From: a virus
DNA: 42,401 nucleotides
Direction: 5' to 3' (one strand)
IMG/VR virus record: IMGVR_UViG_3300004155_000002
Below the pieces are notes generated by a model. The model was given only the letters and a program-made list of their open reading frames with translations, was not told the DNA's origin and did no database searches. The translations under genes were made by a program, and so were the position numbers. Positions 7,005 to 15,018 of the stretch are shown here, piece by piece (positions within the stretch are counted from its first letter, which is position 1; the number at the start of each line of letters is the position of its first letter).

Positions 7005-8914
7005 AAGCAGTTGAGGCCGCCCTTATGGCAAAAGCACGGGCGCTGGGGCCGAGACAAAAACAGCTTCGCCTCCCGCCTCCCCCGGCCGTGAAAATCCCGG
7101 TGGAATTGGAACGCCAATACTATAAAGATCTGCGAGCCGAGGTTGTGGCCCGCCTCGGCAGAATCACCGAGCGCATTCTCGTGCCCGCCCTCCCTTCCCT
7201 TCTCAGGGGAGCGCGGGAGGATCTGCCCACGGTTGACTCGGCGGACGCCCGGCGGCTTGACTCATACACTCGTGAGCTTGATGTGCTTATGAATGGGATG
7301 AGGATTGCCTACGCCACGGAATTGACGCCCGATGAAATCGAAGCCCTTGCAAGAAAATATGCGATCAGGGGCGAGAATTGGAACAAAACCGATCTCGCAA
7401 AATCCCTGCAGCGCGTCCTCGGGATCAACCCGCTTGTCGCCGAGCCTTATTTGCCGGCAGTCATGCGCCAGTTTATTGACGAGAACACTAACCTCATTCG
7501 CTCAATTGGTTCGGAATTCTTTGGAAAGATCCAGCAAGACACCTATAAATATATTCAAGAAGGCGTTTACAACAAGGAATACGCGAAGCAAATTAGCGCG
7601 GAATTCTCTGAGGAATTCAAGCGCCAATATGAGCGGGGCATTCTGAAGCGCCGGGTGACAAATGCCGACGCAAGGGCTCGCCTCATAGCTCGGGATCAGA
7701 TCTCAAAATACAACGGACAGTTGAACCAAACGCGGCAAACTGCACTCGGGATCACAAAATACCGTTGGGTGACCGTTGGGGATGATCGCGTCCGAGAATC
7801 ACACCGCTCAAAAAACGGCAAGATCTACTCATGGAACGATCCACCCGCCGATACGGGGCATCCGGGGGATGACTACCAATGTTTTCCGGCTGACACTTCA
7901 GTTGACCTTTGTTTTGATGCAATGAAAGGTTTCCGCCGTTGGTATGACGGAAAATTGGCCTTTATCGTCACGGATTCTGGTGAATCGGTCAGATGCACAC
8001 CTAATCACCCATTTCTCACCAACCGAGGATGGATTGCCGCAAAGGATCTCAAGGAAGGAGACTATCTCTTCAAGATTTCCCAAAAAACACTCGTCCCGTT
8101 GGAAGTCAATATTTACAAATGCAAAACCACGATTGACCACAAATTCAGACTTCTTGAAAAATTTGGGATTGGTCAAACGGCTAGCGGCACGCTTAGAGAC
8201 TTCCACGGCGATGGAACCGAAAACGAGATCGATGTTGTATCGGCCCAACGCAACCTGGTGGGAGGAATGAATTCCCTTCAAAGCCAGGGCCGCCATCAAT
8301 TCGGATTCTCCGAACCCGACTCTCCGGGAGCGGCTCGCAGCAATCTTTTCAACGGTCTCATTGCTCTTCTTTTTCCCTTTGCTCGCCTTGTGTGCCTTAT
8401 CAGTCAAGCTCATTCTTTCTTCCTTGGAAAGCCGAGCCATCCTGATAAAACCCGCCTCGCTTATGTCCCTAATAGTGACTCCATTACGCCGCAAAATTCT
8501 TCTAATCGGAGTCCTAGAAACCCCTACCTCGATACTGATCGCCAATTCGCTGACGCCAGCCTGATACATCGAAACGATCTTGGCCTGGTCGAGTTTGAGG
8601 GGGGAGCAATCCCTTCGGAATTTATTGATCCCAGGATTGATCCCGAATTCTCTCAGTTTCTCGCTCAGATTGCTGTAACAGACTCCCAACTTCTCGGCGA
8701 CTTCCTTCAGAGTAAGCCCTTCGGATATGAGCTTTGCCGCATATCTGAGGTTAGTTTCCGTGAATTTTCCGGCCATGTTTACAACCTCGAAACGAAAAAA
8801 GGATGGTTCATTGCCCAGGACTTTATCACGAAAAACTGTCGCTGTACATCCGTTGCCGTTTTCGACGAGGGAGTGACAGAAAACCCGACACTATTGGGCT
8901 TATTGAATTCGTGA
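7001..8914 (+). CDS. MuF / SPP1 gp7-type head morphogenesis protein, interrupted by an in-frame intein (7880-8836)
   Basis: ATG 7001 overlaps the portal stop (ATGA). MuF hallmarks WVTVGDDRVRESHRSKNGKIY...GHPGDDYQ are followed only after 319 inserted codons by the conserved CRCT. The track ORF begins at 6968. Confidence 0.85.
   Translation: MKAVEAALMAKARALGPRQKQLRLPPPPAVKIPVELERQYYKDLRAEVVARLGRITERILVPALPSLLRGAREDLPTVDSADARRLDSYTRELDVLMNGMRIAYATELTPDEIEALARKYAIRGENWNKTDLAKSLQRVLGINPLVAEPYLPAVMRQFIDENTNLIRSIGSEFFGKIQQDTYKYIQEGVYNKEYAKQISAEFSEEFKRQYERGILKRRVTNADARARLIARDQISKYNGQLNQTRQTALGITKYRWVTVGDDRVRESHRSKNGKIYSWNDPPADTGHPGDDYQCFPADTSVDLCFDAMKGFRRWYDGKLAFIVTDSGESVRCTPNHPFLTNRGWIAAKDLKEGDYLFKISQKTLVPLEVNIYKCKTTIDHKFRLLEKFGIGQTASGTLRDFHGDGTENEIDVVSAQRNLVGGMNSLQSQGRHQFGFSEPDSPGAARSNLFNGLIALLFPFARLVCLISQAHSFFLGKPSHPDKTRLAYVPNSDSITPQNSSNRSPRNPYLDTDRQFADASLIHRNDLGLVEFEGGAIPSEFIDPRIDPEFSQFLAQIAVTDSQLLGDFLQSKPFGYELCRISEVSFREFSGHVYNLETKKGWFIAQDFITKNCRCTSVAVFDEGVTENPTLLGLLNS
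7880..8836 (+). mobile_element. Intein (Hint-type, 319 codons) in the MuF gene
   Basis: N-terminal Cys1 block CFPADTSV, block B CTPNHPF (TxxH). C-terminal block GHVYNLETKKGWFIAQDFITKN is followed by the +1 Cys of CRC. Removal restores GHPGDDYQ-CRCT. Confidence 0.8.
7898..8776 (-). CDS. Homing-endonuclease-like protein (HTH + NUMOD3-like + DUF559/Vsr-like PD-(D/E)xK motifs), antisense and fully nested in the intein
   Basis: GAGG lies 8 nt upstream of the ATG. HTH-like LTLKEVAEKLGVCYSNLSEKL and GVSELAISIEVGVSRTPIRRILRRNG. NUMOD3-like KGKKKSNETVEKIAASRS. Nuclease-core-like GESELMAALALKGIHSSHQVALGRYNIDLVFGSIAVEV. Confidence 0.65.
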   Translation of the reverse strand: MAGKFTETNLRYAAKLISEGLTLKEVAEKLGVCYSNLSEKLREFGINPGINKFRRDCSPLKLDQAKIVSMYQAGVSELAISIEVGVSRTPIRRILRRNGVTIRDISEAGFIRMARLSKEERMSLTDKAHKASKGKKKSNETVEKIAASRSRRVGFGESELMAALALKGIHSSHQVALGRYNIDLVFGSIAVEVSKRAASRLTNPKFFKKSEFVVNRGFAFVNIDFQRDECFLGNLEEIVSFLEILCGNPSSVGEKWVIRCASDRFTRIRDDKGQFSVIPTAETFHCIKTKVN

Positions 8915-8940
8915 TAGGGTTGCCCTAGAATTAGTCTAGG

Positions 8941-10095
8941 GTGACAATCATGCGAAGAATACGTTTTGACAACGGCGAAATGGCGAGGCCAGAAAAGACC
9001 CTGCAAGGGTTTCTTCGGGCACCCTGTTTCGCAACGCGATCGGGTATTTTTATTTACAAAAATGATGACGGCAGCACGCGCCGGGAGCTTCGCCCTCCCG
9101 AGGAAGTGTTCTCCCCCGAAAGCCTGGCAACGCTCGCGGGCGTTCCCGTGACCGACGAACACCCGCCCGTTGCGGTGGACGCTTCCAATGCTCGGGAGTT
9201 TGCCCGAGGGTTCACAGGTGAAAGCGTCGAAGGCGAGAACAATTTCGTGAAAACCTCGGTGACAATCACCGATGCCGATTTGATTAAAGCGATAGAAAAC
9301 CGCGAAAAGGTTGAAACCTCGTGTGGGTATTCCTGCGATCTTGATGAGTCGCCGGGCGAATGGAACGGCGAGCGGTATGATGCAATACAAAAAAACATTC
9401 GATACAATCACCTTGCAGTTGTTTCGAGGGGCCGCGCTGGCCCGGCCGTTAGAATCCGTTTGGATGCCGGCGCTGCCGTGCAGACCGAGCAAAATCAGGA
9501 AGGGGTGTTTTGCATGACAAAGATCCGTGTTGATGGGATTGAATTGGAGGTGAGCGAGCCGGTTGCTTTGGCGCTCACTGCAAAATTCAAAAAGGACGAG
9601 GAAATGGGCACGGCTTCAGGTTCGAAAATGGCCGAGCTTCAAGCTGAAATTGACAACCTCAAGGGCATGCTCGCGTCAAAAGATATCGAAATGGACGCTT
9701 GCAAGAAGGATATTGAAGGCGTTAAAGCCGAAGCCGAAGCGAACAAAATGGACTCGGCAAAAATCCATTCACTCGTGATCGCCCGCGCCGACCTTTGCAA
9801 AAAAGCCGAGAAGTTTGTTGACACCGCAAAGGTGAAACTCGACGGCTTGACCGAGCGCGAAATCAAGGTCGAGACAATCAAGGCCAAGATGAATGACTTT
9901 GACGCAAAGGATCGCACGGACGCTTATATCGACGGACTGTTTGAAGGCATCGTTTCCGTGGCCCCCGCCGCGCGCAATGATGCATTGGCAACCACCGTGG
10001 CAGCCGTGAAAACAGACGGGGCCGCCCCGACTGCAGCCGACGCCCGCAAGCGATCAATGGAAGCCGACAGAAACGCCTACAAAGCAACCAAGTAA
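8941..10095 (+). CDS. Head scaffolding / prohead protease-like protein (DUF2213-like N-terminal domain plus coiled-coil C-terminal half)
   Basis: Position between MuF and capsid genes. N-terminal half resembles DUF2213 (RELRPPEEVF...VPVTDEHP...YNHLAVV). C-terminal half is K/E/A-rich coiled coil. Alternative ATG start at 8950. Confidence 0.6.
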   Translation: MTIMRRIRFDNGEMARPEKTLQGFLRAPCFATRSGIFIYKNDDGSTRRELRPPEEVFSPESLATLAGVPVTDEHPPVAVDASNAREFARGFTGESVEGENNFVKTSVTITDADLIKAIENREKVETSCGYSCDLDESPGEWNGERYDAIQKNIRYNHLAVVSRGRAGPAVRIRLDAGAAVQTEQNQEGVFCMTKIRVDGIELEVSEPVALALTAKFKKDEEMGTASGSKMAELQAEIDNLKGMLASKDIEMDACKKDIEGVKAEAEANKMDSAKIHSLVIARADLCKKAEKFVDTAKVKLDGLTEREIKVETIKAKMNDFDAKDRTDAYIDGLFEGIVSVAPAARNDALATTVAAVKTDGAAPTAADARKRSMEADRNAYKATK

Positions 10096-10139
10096 CACCT
10101 CACCCGGATGACCCTGGTGATTTTTAGAAGGGGATTTTT

Positions 10140-11159
10140 ATGCAGACCGGATACAGCCTGACTCAGGGAATTGCGGCCGAGGGTTCGCTCGGTGATCTGG
10201 ACAAACCATATGTGCGCTCGCACGTCAACGGCACCAGCGTCAAAAAGCGCTATACCATTTCGGTTGACGCCGCCGCCGACGAGGAATTGACCCTCACCCT
10301 TACCAGCCCTGCCGGCGTGGTGACAACGGTTGCCTATAATGAAGGTGCCGTGGGCACCGTGACCACAAAGCGAAACGGCCTCATTGCCGCTGTCAATGCT
10401 TCGGTTGCTCGCCTTTATTGCCGCGCGTCCGTCAAGGATGCCGATGAGCTTTACATCGAAAGCCTCGTGGCCGGCCAGGATTTCACGGTTGCCGAGGCCG
10501 AGGGGAACCTCACACTGACAAACGACACCGCCCTGGTTTCCAATTCCACCGTTGGCTTTGGCTTGGCCGTAGCTCAGGGGACACAGGATAACGAGTGCCG
10601 CTTGCTCGCCGCCACAACCGACCGCGTGATCGGTGTGACCCTGTTCTCTCATGCCGACAATATCAACAACGGTGTGGCCGGATATGCCGCACAATCCGCT
10701 GTGAATGTCCTTCGCCGTGGCACCGTTTGGGTTCGCCCCGAGACTTCCGTTGCCGCTGGCGATCCCGTGTTCGTTCGCGCCGTGGCCGCTGGTGCCGAGC
10801 GCGCTGGTGCATTCCGCAACGCCGTTGATAGCACCGATTGCATTGCTCTCGGCGCGTCGAAATTCCTCACTAGCGCTTCCGCTGGCGGGCTGGCGCTGGT
10901 CGAAATCAACCTTGCTCAGGCCCCCATGACGACCATTGCGCCCCTCGGTGCAACCGCTGCATTCACCCTCACCGCCCCCGTGGCCGTTGCGCTCAATGCC
11001 GCATTTTCGGATGTTGAGGTTGAGGCCGGATTCCTGGCGAAGGCTGATCAGGCTGCCGTGTCAACCCTCATGGGATTGATTGAGGGAAGAATGGACGGGG
11101 CCGAAGGAAAGATCGATGCAATTATTGCGGCCCTTCGCACGGCCGGACTGATGAACTGA
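10140..11159 (+). CDS. Head decoration / cement-like protein
   Basis: Lies immediately upstream of the capsid gene. The segment GTVWVRPETSVAAGDPVFVR...AGGLALVEINL resembles DUF2190-type decoration proteins, from memory. Confidence 0.45.
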   Translation: MQTGYSLTQGIAAEGSLGDLDKPYVRSHVNGTSVKKRYTISVDAAADEELTLTLTSPAGVVTTVAYNEGAVGTVTTKRNGLIAAVNASVARLYCRASVKDADELYIESLVAGQDFTVAEAEGNLTLTNDTALVSNSTVGFGLAVAQGTQDNECRLLAATTDRVIGVTLFSHADNINNGVAGYAAQSAVNVLRRGTVWVRPETSVAAGDPVFVRAVAAGAERAGAFRNAVDSTDCIALGASKFLTSASAGGLALVEINLAQAPMTTIAPLGATAAFTLTAPVAVALNAAFSDVEVEAGFLAKADQAAVSTLMGLIEGRMDGAEGKIDAIIAALRTAGLMN

Positions 11160-11160
11160 T

Positions 11161-11189
11161 ACCGGGGTTGTCCCGGTGTCTTCTTGTTT
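11161..11189 (+). terminator. Weak intrinsic-terminator-like hairpin after the decoration-like gene
   Basis: ACCGGG-gttgt-CCCGGT stem-loop followed by the U-rich gtcttcttgttt. Confidence 0.3.
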
Positions 11190-11205
11190 AGAAGGGAGCT
11201 TTTTT

Positions 11206-12126
11206 ATGCCTGGTCATTTGCATCTTGATGCCGCAGAAACCGCATTTTTCACCAGGGAGCTTGAGTCGATCAAGGCCAAAACCTATGACGTCAAGTATCC
11301 AGAACTGAAGGCCCGCCGCCTTTTCCCCGTTTCTTTCGAGGCCGGCCCCGGTGCCGAATCCATTGTGTATCAGCAATATGATCAAGTCGGAATGGCGAAG
11401 ATCATTGCATCCTACGCCGATGATCTCCCCCGCGCCGATATTGTTGGCCGCGAGTTTACCGCCCGGATCAAGTCTCTGGGATCGAGTTTCGGATACAACG
11501 TGCAAGAAATCCGCAACGCTCGCCAGGCCGGCAAGCCCCTGCAGGCTCGGAAGGCCAGCGCTGCAAAGCGAGCCATCATGCAGTTGGAAAACCGGATCGC
11601 ATATTTCGGCGACAATGCTACTGGCCTAGTTGGGTTCCTCACGAATCCCAACGTGACCCGTACCACGGCAGCCGTTGGCGTGGGCGCTTCGACTACGTTT
11701 GCACTCAAGACACCCGACGAGATCCTGAGCGACCTCAACGCGGCCGCTAATTTCGTGGTGGAAAGCACCAACGGCGTGGAAATTCCCGACACGCTTTTGC
11801 TGCCCCTTGAGCAATTCAACCACATCAATGACACCCCTCGGTCGGCTCAGTCGGACACCACAATTCTTCAGCACTTCCTCAAAAACAACCAGTACATCAA
11901 AACGGTGGAATGGGTGAATGAGCTTGACGCTGCCGGCACTGGCGGGGCCGATGTGATGATTGCTTATCGCCGCGATCCCGATGCCCTCACTCTCGAAATT
12001 CCGCAGGATTTTGAGCAATTCCCCGAGGAAGCACGCGGGTTGGAATTCATTGTCGCATGCCACCAGCGTATCGGCGGCGTGTTGATTTATTATCCCATGA
12101 GCGTCAATATTGTCGAAGGCATCTAA
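11206..12126 (+). CDS. Major capsid protein (DUF2184-like)
   Basis: ATG 11206 has GAAGGGAG upstream. 306 aa, positioned after scaffold and decoration genes. The N-terminal FFTRELESIKAKTYDVKYPELKARRLFPV is typical of this capsid family, from memory. Confidence 0.78.
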   Translation: MPGHLHLDAAETAFFTRELESIKAKTYDVKYPELKARRLFPVSFEAGPGAESIVYQQYDQVGMAKIIASYADDLPRADIVGREFTARIKSLGSSFGYNVQEIRNARQAGKPLQARKASAAKRAIMQLENRIAYFGDNATGLVGFLTNPNVTRTTAAVGVGASTTFALKTPDEILSDLNAAANFVVESTNGVEIPDTLLLPLEQFNHINDTPRSAQSDTTILQHFLKNNQYIKTVEWVNELDAAGTGGADVMIAYRRDPDALTLEIPQDFEQFPEEARGLEFIVACHQRIGGVLIYYPMSVNIVEGI

Positions 12127-12133
12127 TTAAAAA

Positions 12134-12149
12134 GGGGGCACTCGCCCCC
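12134..12149 (+). terminator. GC hairpin just after the capsid gene (no clear U-tract)
   Basis: GGGGGC-actc-GCCCCC lies 8 nt after the capsid stop. Confidence 0.25.
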
Positions 12150-12180
12150 GTCCGTTCCTCCACAAAAAAGGATTTAAAAA

Positions 12181-12570
12181 ATGATCTACGTCGAGAATAC
12201 CACAACCAGAGTCATGGGAATGGGAAACTGCCTCGTGCCGGGCGCAAAATTCCCGAAAGTCGTGCGGCTCATGCCTGGTGTCAATAAGGTTGAGCGGAAA
12301 TATTGGGATGTGATGGCCAAGAATCCCATGATTCAAAAGCAGATCGAAGCGGGATATTTGAAGGTCGCCCTTGACGGGGAAGCGGCCGACAAGGTTGCCG
12401 AGGACGACAACCTTCTGTCCCTTCCTTCAAAGGAGGCGCTTAAATTGGTGAGCGGTACATATGACAGAAGTATTCTCACCGCGTGGCACAATTCAGAAAC
12501 CCGGCCCGTTGTTATCAAGGCAATCGCTGCACAACTCAAAAGCACGGACGTGAAAGGCGATGAAAAATGA
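12181..12570 (+). CDS. Hypothetical head/neck-module protein (129 aa)
   Basis: AAAGGA-type RBS. Position is within the structural module. No family recognised. Confidence 0.55.
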   Translation: MIYVENTTTRVMGMGNCLVPGAKFPKVVRLMPGVNKVERKYWDVMAKNPMIQKQIEAGYLKVALDGEAADKVAEDDNLLSLPSKEALKLVSGTYDRSILTAWHNSETRPVVIKAIAAQLKSTDVKGDEK

Positions 12571-12911
12571 CAACGCCCGCACAATTCAAAACGCGGTTCC
12601 CGGAATTCGCCACGGTCGCGGATGATCGCGTTCAGATGTTTTTGGATGACGCGGCGCTTTCGGTGAATGAAAGGGTGTGGAACACTAAGTATGATCTCGG
12701 TGTTGCCTACCTCGCCGCGCACTTGCTTGCGAGCGCGAACCGTGGCAGCGCTGGCGCTTCCGGCCCGGTTACATCGGAAAAGGTCGGGGATTTGCAGCGC
12801 TCTTATGCAACCTCGGCGTCAACTGTTGACGCAACATATTCGACAACCGGATACGGAATTGAGTTCATTCGACTTCGGAAATCAATATTCACTTCCCCCA
12901 TTGTGACTTGA
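12567..12911 (+). CDS. Head-tail connector/adaptor protein (DUF4054-like)
   Basis: ATGA overlap with the upstream gene. The segment FKTRFPEFATV...DDRVQMFLDDA...YLAAHLL matches the DUF4054 pattern, from memory. Confidence 0.55.
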   Translation: MTTPAQFKTRFPEFATVADDRVQMFLDDAALSVNERVWNTKYDLGVAYLAAHLLASANRGSAGASGPVTSEKVGDLQRSYATSASTVDATYSTTGYGIEFIRLRKSIFTSPIVT

Positions 12912-12916
12912 GGTGA

Positions 12917-13444
12917 ATGATGGCGAAAACCTCAATTTCAGATCGGGATCTCGGGCTCAAAAAGATCTTGAGAGAAATGAAAAAGGTTGAGGCAAAGCCA
13001 TCGGTCAAAATCGGTGTTCAGGGTTCCGACGCTACCGCGCGAAAGCGTTCCTCAACTCCCGTGGGAGAGGACACACTCCCGATAACGGTTGTCGAGATCG
13101 CAACATTCCACGAGTATGGCCTTGGCAACAACCCTGAACGCTCTTTTCTTCGGGCCACGCTTGACAAAAATCGGTCCAAGTATTTCGCAATTGCGAAGGA
13201 ATTGAAAAAGGAAATATTCAAGGGAAACCTTGAAGCATATGTGGCACTCGGATTGCTCGGTGAGAAAATAAAAACCGATTGCGTCATGAGGATCACCGAA
13301 GGCATCCCGCCCCCGCTCACGCCCGAGCGCATTGAACAGAAGACAATCAACGGGAAGGCGGGGCAAGTCGCCCTTATCGACACCGGGCAATTGCGACAGT
13401 CGATCACTTGGGTGTTACAGGAACGCGAGGAAAAAGCATCATGA
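12917..13444 (+). CDS. HK97 gp10-like neck / head-closure protein
   Basis: The motif IATFHEYGLGNNPERSFLRATLD matches the hEfG...P.R.Fl pattern of the gp10 family. Confidence 0.55.
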   Translation: MMAKTSISDRDLGLKKILREMKKVEAKPSVKIGVQGSDATARKRSSTPVGEDTLPITVVEIATFHEYGLGNNPERSFLRATLDKNRSKYFAIAKELKKEIFKGNLEAYVALGLLGEKIKTDCVMRITEGIPPPLTPERIEQKTINGKAGQVALIDTGQLRQSITWVLQEREEKAS

Positions 13445-13803
13445 GCATTGCAAACGCGGCCGCCCTTATCGCCAGTTTCTCCGAGCCAATCACGGTCACG
13501 CGATTGGCGACCGGGAGTTATTCAAGCGGGGTTTTTGTGGGAGGGGCCACGACAACCATCGCCACAACTGGCAGCGTGCAACCGCTCAACGGACGGGAGC
13601 ACGCGAACCTCCCCGAACTGCAGCGGTCAAGCGAAACGCTCAAAATCTACACGGTGACTGAGCTTCGCGCGGCCGACGAGGCAATCCGGCAGCCGGCCGA
13701 TATGGTCACGCTTCGCGGGCGCACATATCAGGTGCATCGCGTTGAGCCGTGGGAATACGATCTTTCGTTTTTTAAATGCTACCTCACGAGGGTTGAAACA
13801 TGA
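13441..13803 (+). CDS. Hypothetical neck protein (120 aa)
   Basis: ATG 13441 overlaps the upstream stop (ATGA). Trimmed from track ORF 13408-13803. Confidence 0.5.
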   Translation: MSIANAAALIASFSEPITVTRLATGSYSSGVFVGGATTTIATTGSVQPLNGREHANLPELQRSSETLKIYTVTELRAADEAIRQPADMVTLRGRTYQVHRVEPWEYDLSFFKCYLTRVET

Positions 13804-14330
13804 ATCTGAGCACACTTAGGGCGGCATGGTATGCATGGGCCGCTGCCAATTCTCAAGGGGCTCAGGTTGTGTGGGCAGATCAAGCGGCCCCTCATCCCGC
13901 CAGGCCGTTTGTCACCCTGAAACTCAACGGCCCATTTCGGGATATGGGCGCGGACGAGCTTCGCCACACCGCAACCGAGGGCGCTTTTGAATTGTGCGGG
14001 CACCGCCGCTTCGTTCTTTCAGTGCAAGTGCTAGGGACGGATGCCCCGAGCGCGCACGCGCTTGCCATTGCGCTCAATTCCTCCCTCGGCAAGCCCTCGG
14101 CACTCGCCACGCTTCGCCTTTCGGGGATCTCGGTTTCGGATGAGGGCGACATTCAAAACCTGACAACCTTTATGGCTACCCAATTCGAAGGGCGGTTCGC
14201 ATTTGACGCTACCTTTTTGGCAACCGAATCCTTGAGTGATACGCTGGGATCAGTTCGAACGGTGCAAATAATGGGGATGAACGACACGGCGTTGATTGGC
14301 GACCCGTTGCCGCCTCCCGAGGGGGATTGA
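13800..14330 (+). CDS. Tail terminator / completion-like protein
   Basis: ATGA overlap. Lies shortly upstream of the sheath gene. The N-terminus LRAAWYAWAAAN...RPFVTLKL resembles neck terminator proteins. Confidence 0.4.
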   Translation: MNLSTLRAAWYAWAAANSQGAQVVWADQAAPHPARPFVTLKLNGPFRDMGADELRHTATEGAFELCGHRRFVLSVQVLGTDAPSAHALAIALNSSLGKPSALATLRLSGISVSDEGDIQNLTTFMATQFEGRFAFDATFLATESLSDTLGSVRTVQIMGMNDTALIGDPLPPPEGD

Positions 14331-14331
14331 A

Positions 14332-14997
14332 ATGGAGCTTTTGCTTCGCGAGCCATTGCCGGCTGAATACGATCCAACCGAGTTTATTCATTGGTTTGAA
14401 CGCTCCTCGCGTTTGAAAAGCCCGGCCGTAGGGGACAACCTTATTGAGCAGGGATTTATCAAGGCGTGCGCGGGCACTGGAATGAATCCATTTGTGATTG
14501 CAATAATTGCATCCGTCCGAACGAAATGGTTTGTGGGCATCACCAGCGAAACTGATATTTTTGGGTTCGGGTTCGGCGGCTCGATCCGGGATCAGGCAAT
14601 AAATGCAATGCCTCGATTCGCAGAATTTTTGACGGTTGAATCCCTGCCGGTATTGACGGAAGCGCAAAAATGGCAGGTGACTGAGCTTTACAGAAAATTT
14701 GTGGAGTACGCCGAGCGCTTCCCCGAGGGGCCGGCCCCAATGCCTGAGCCCCCGCCGCCGCCTCCCCCGCCTCGGCCGGTGCCGACTCCCGTTGAACGGC
14801 CGAAGCCAACGCCGATCCCGCTTCCACCGCCAGCGGTTGAACCGAAAAAACCGTTTCCCTGGAAGGGGACGATTAGTGTTGTCCTTGCTATCATGGGAGC
14901 AGCAGGTTGGGCCGTAAAAATGTTTGCACCGGGTTGGGTTGGTCCGATCTGGGATTTTATTTTGGCAATTCTCAAGGCCATTCCCGGCCTCGTTTGA
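14332..14997 (+). CDS. Hypothetical protein with a poly-proline linker and hydrophobic C-terminal anchor
   Basis: ATG 14332 has GGGGGA upstream. PEPPPPPPPPRPVPTPVERPKPTPIPLPPP is followed by VVLAIMGAAGWAVKMFAPGWVGPIWDFILAIL. Confidence 0.55.
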   Translation: MELLLREPLPAEYDPTEFIHWFERSSRLKSPAVGDNLIEQGFIKACAGTGMNPFVIAIIASVRTKWFVGITSETDIFGFGFGGSIRDQAINAMPRFAEFLTVESLPVLTEAQKWQVTELYRKFVEYAERFPEGPAPMPEPPPPPPPPRPVPTPVERPKPTPIPLPPPAVEPKKPFPWKGTISVVLAIMGAAGWAVKMFAPGWVGPIWDFILAILKAIPGLV

Positions 14998-15018
14998 GTG
15001 AACCGAAGGGAGAATTTT

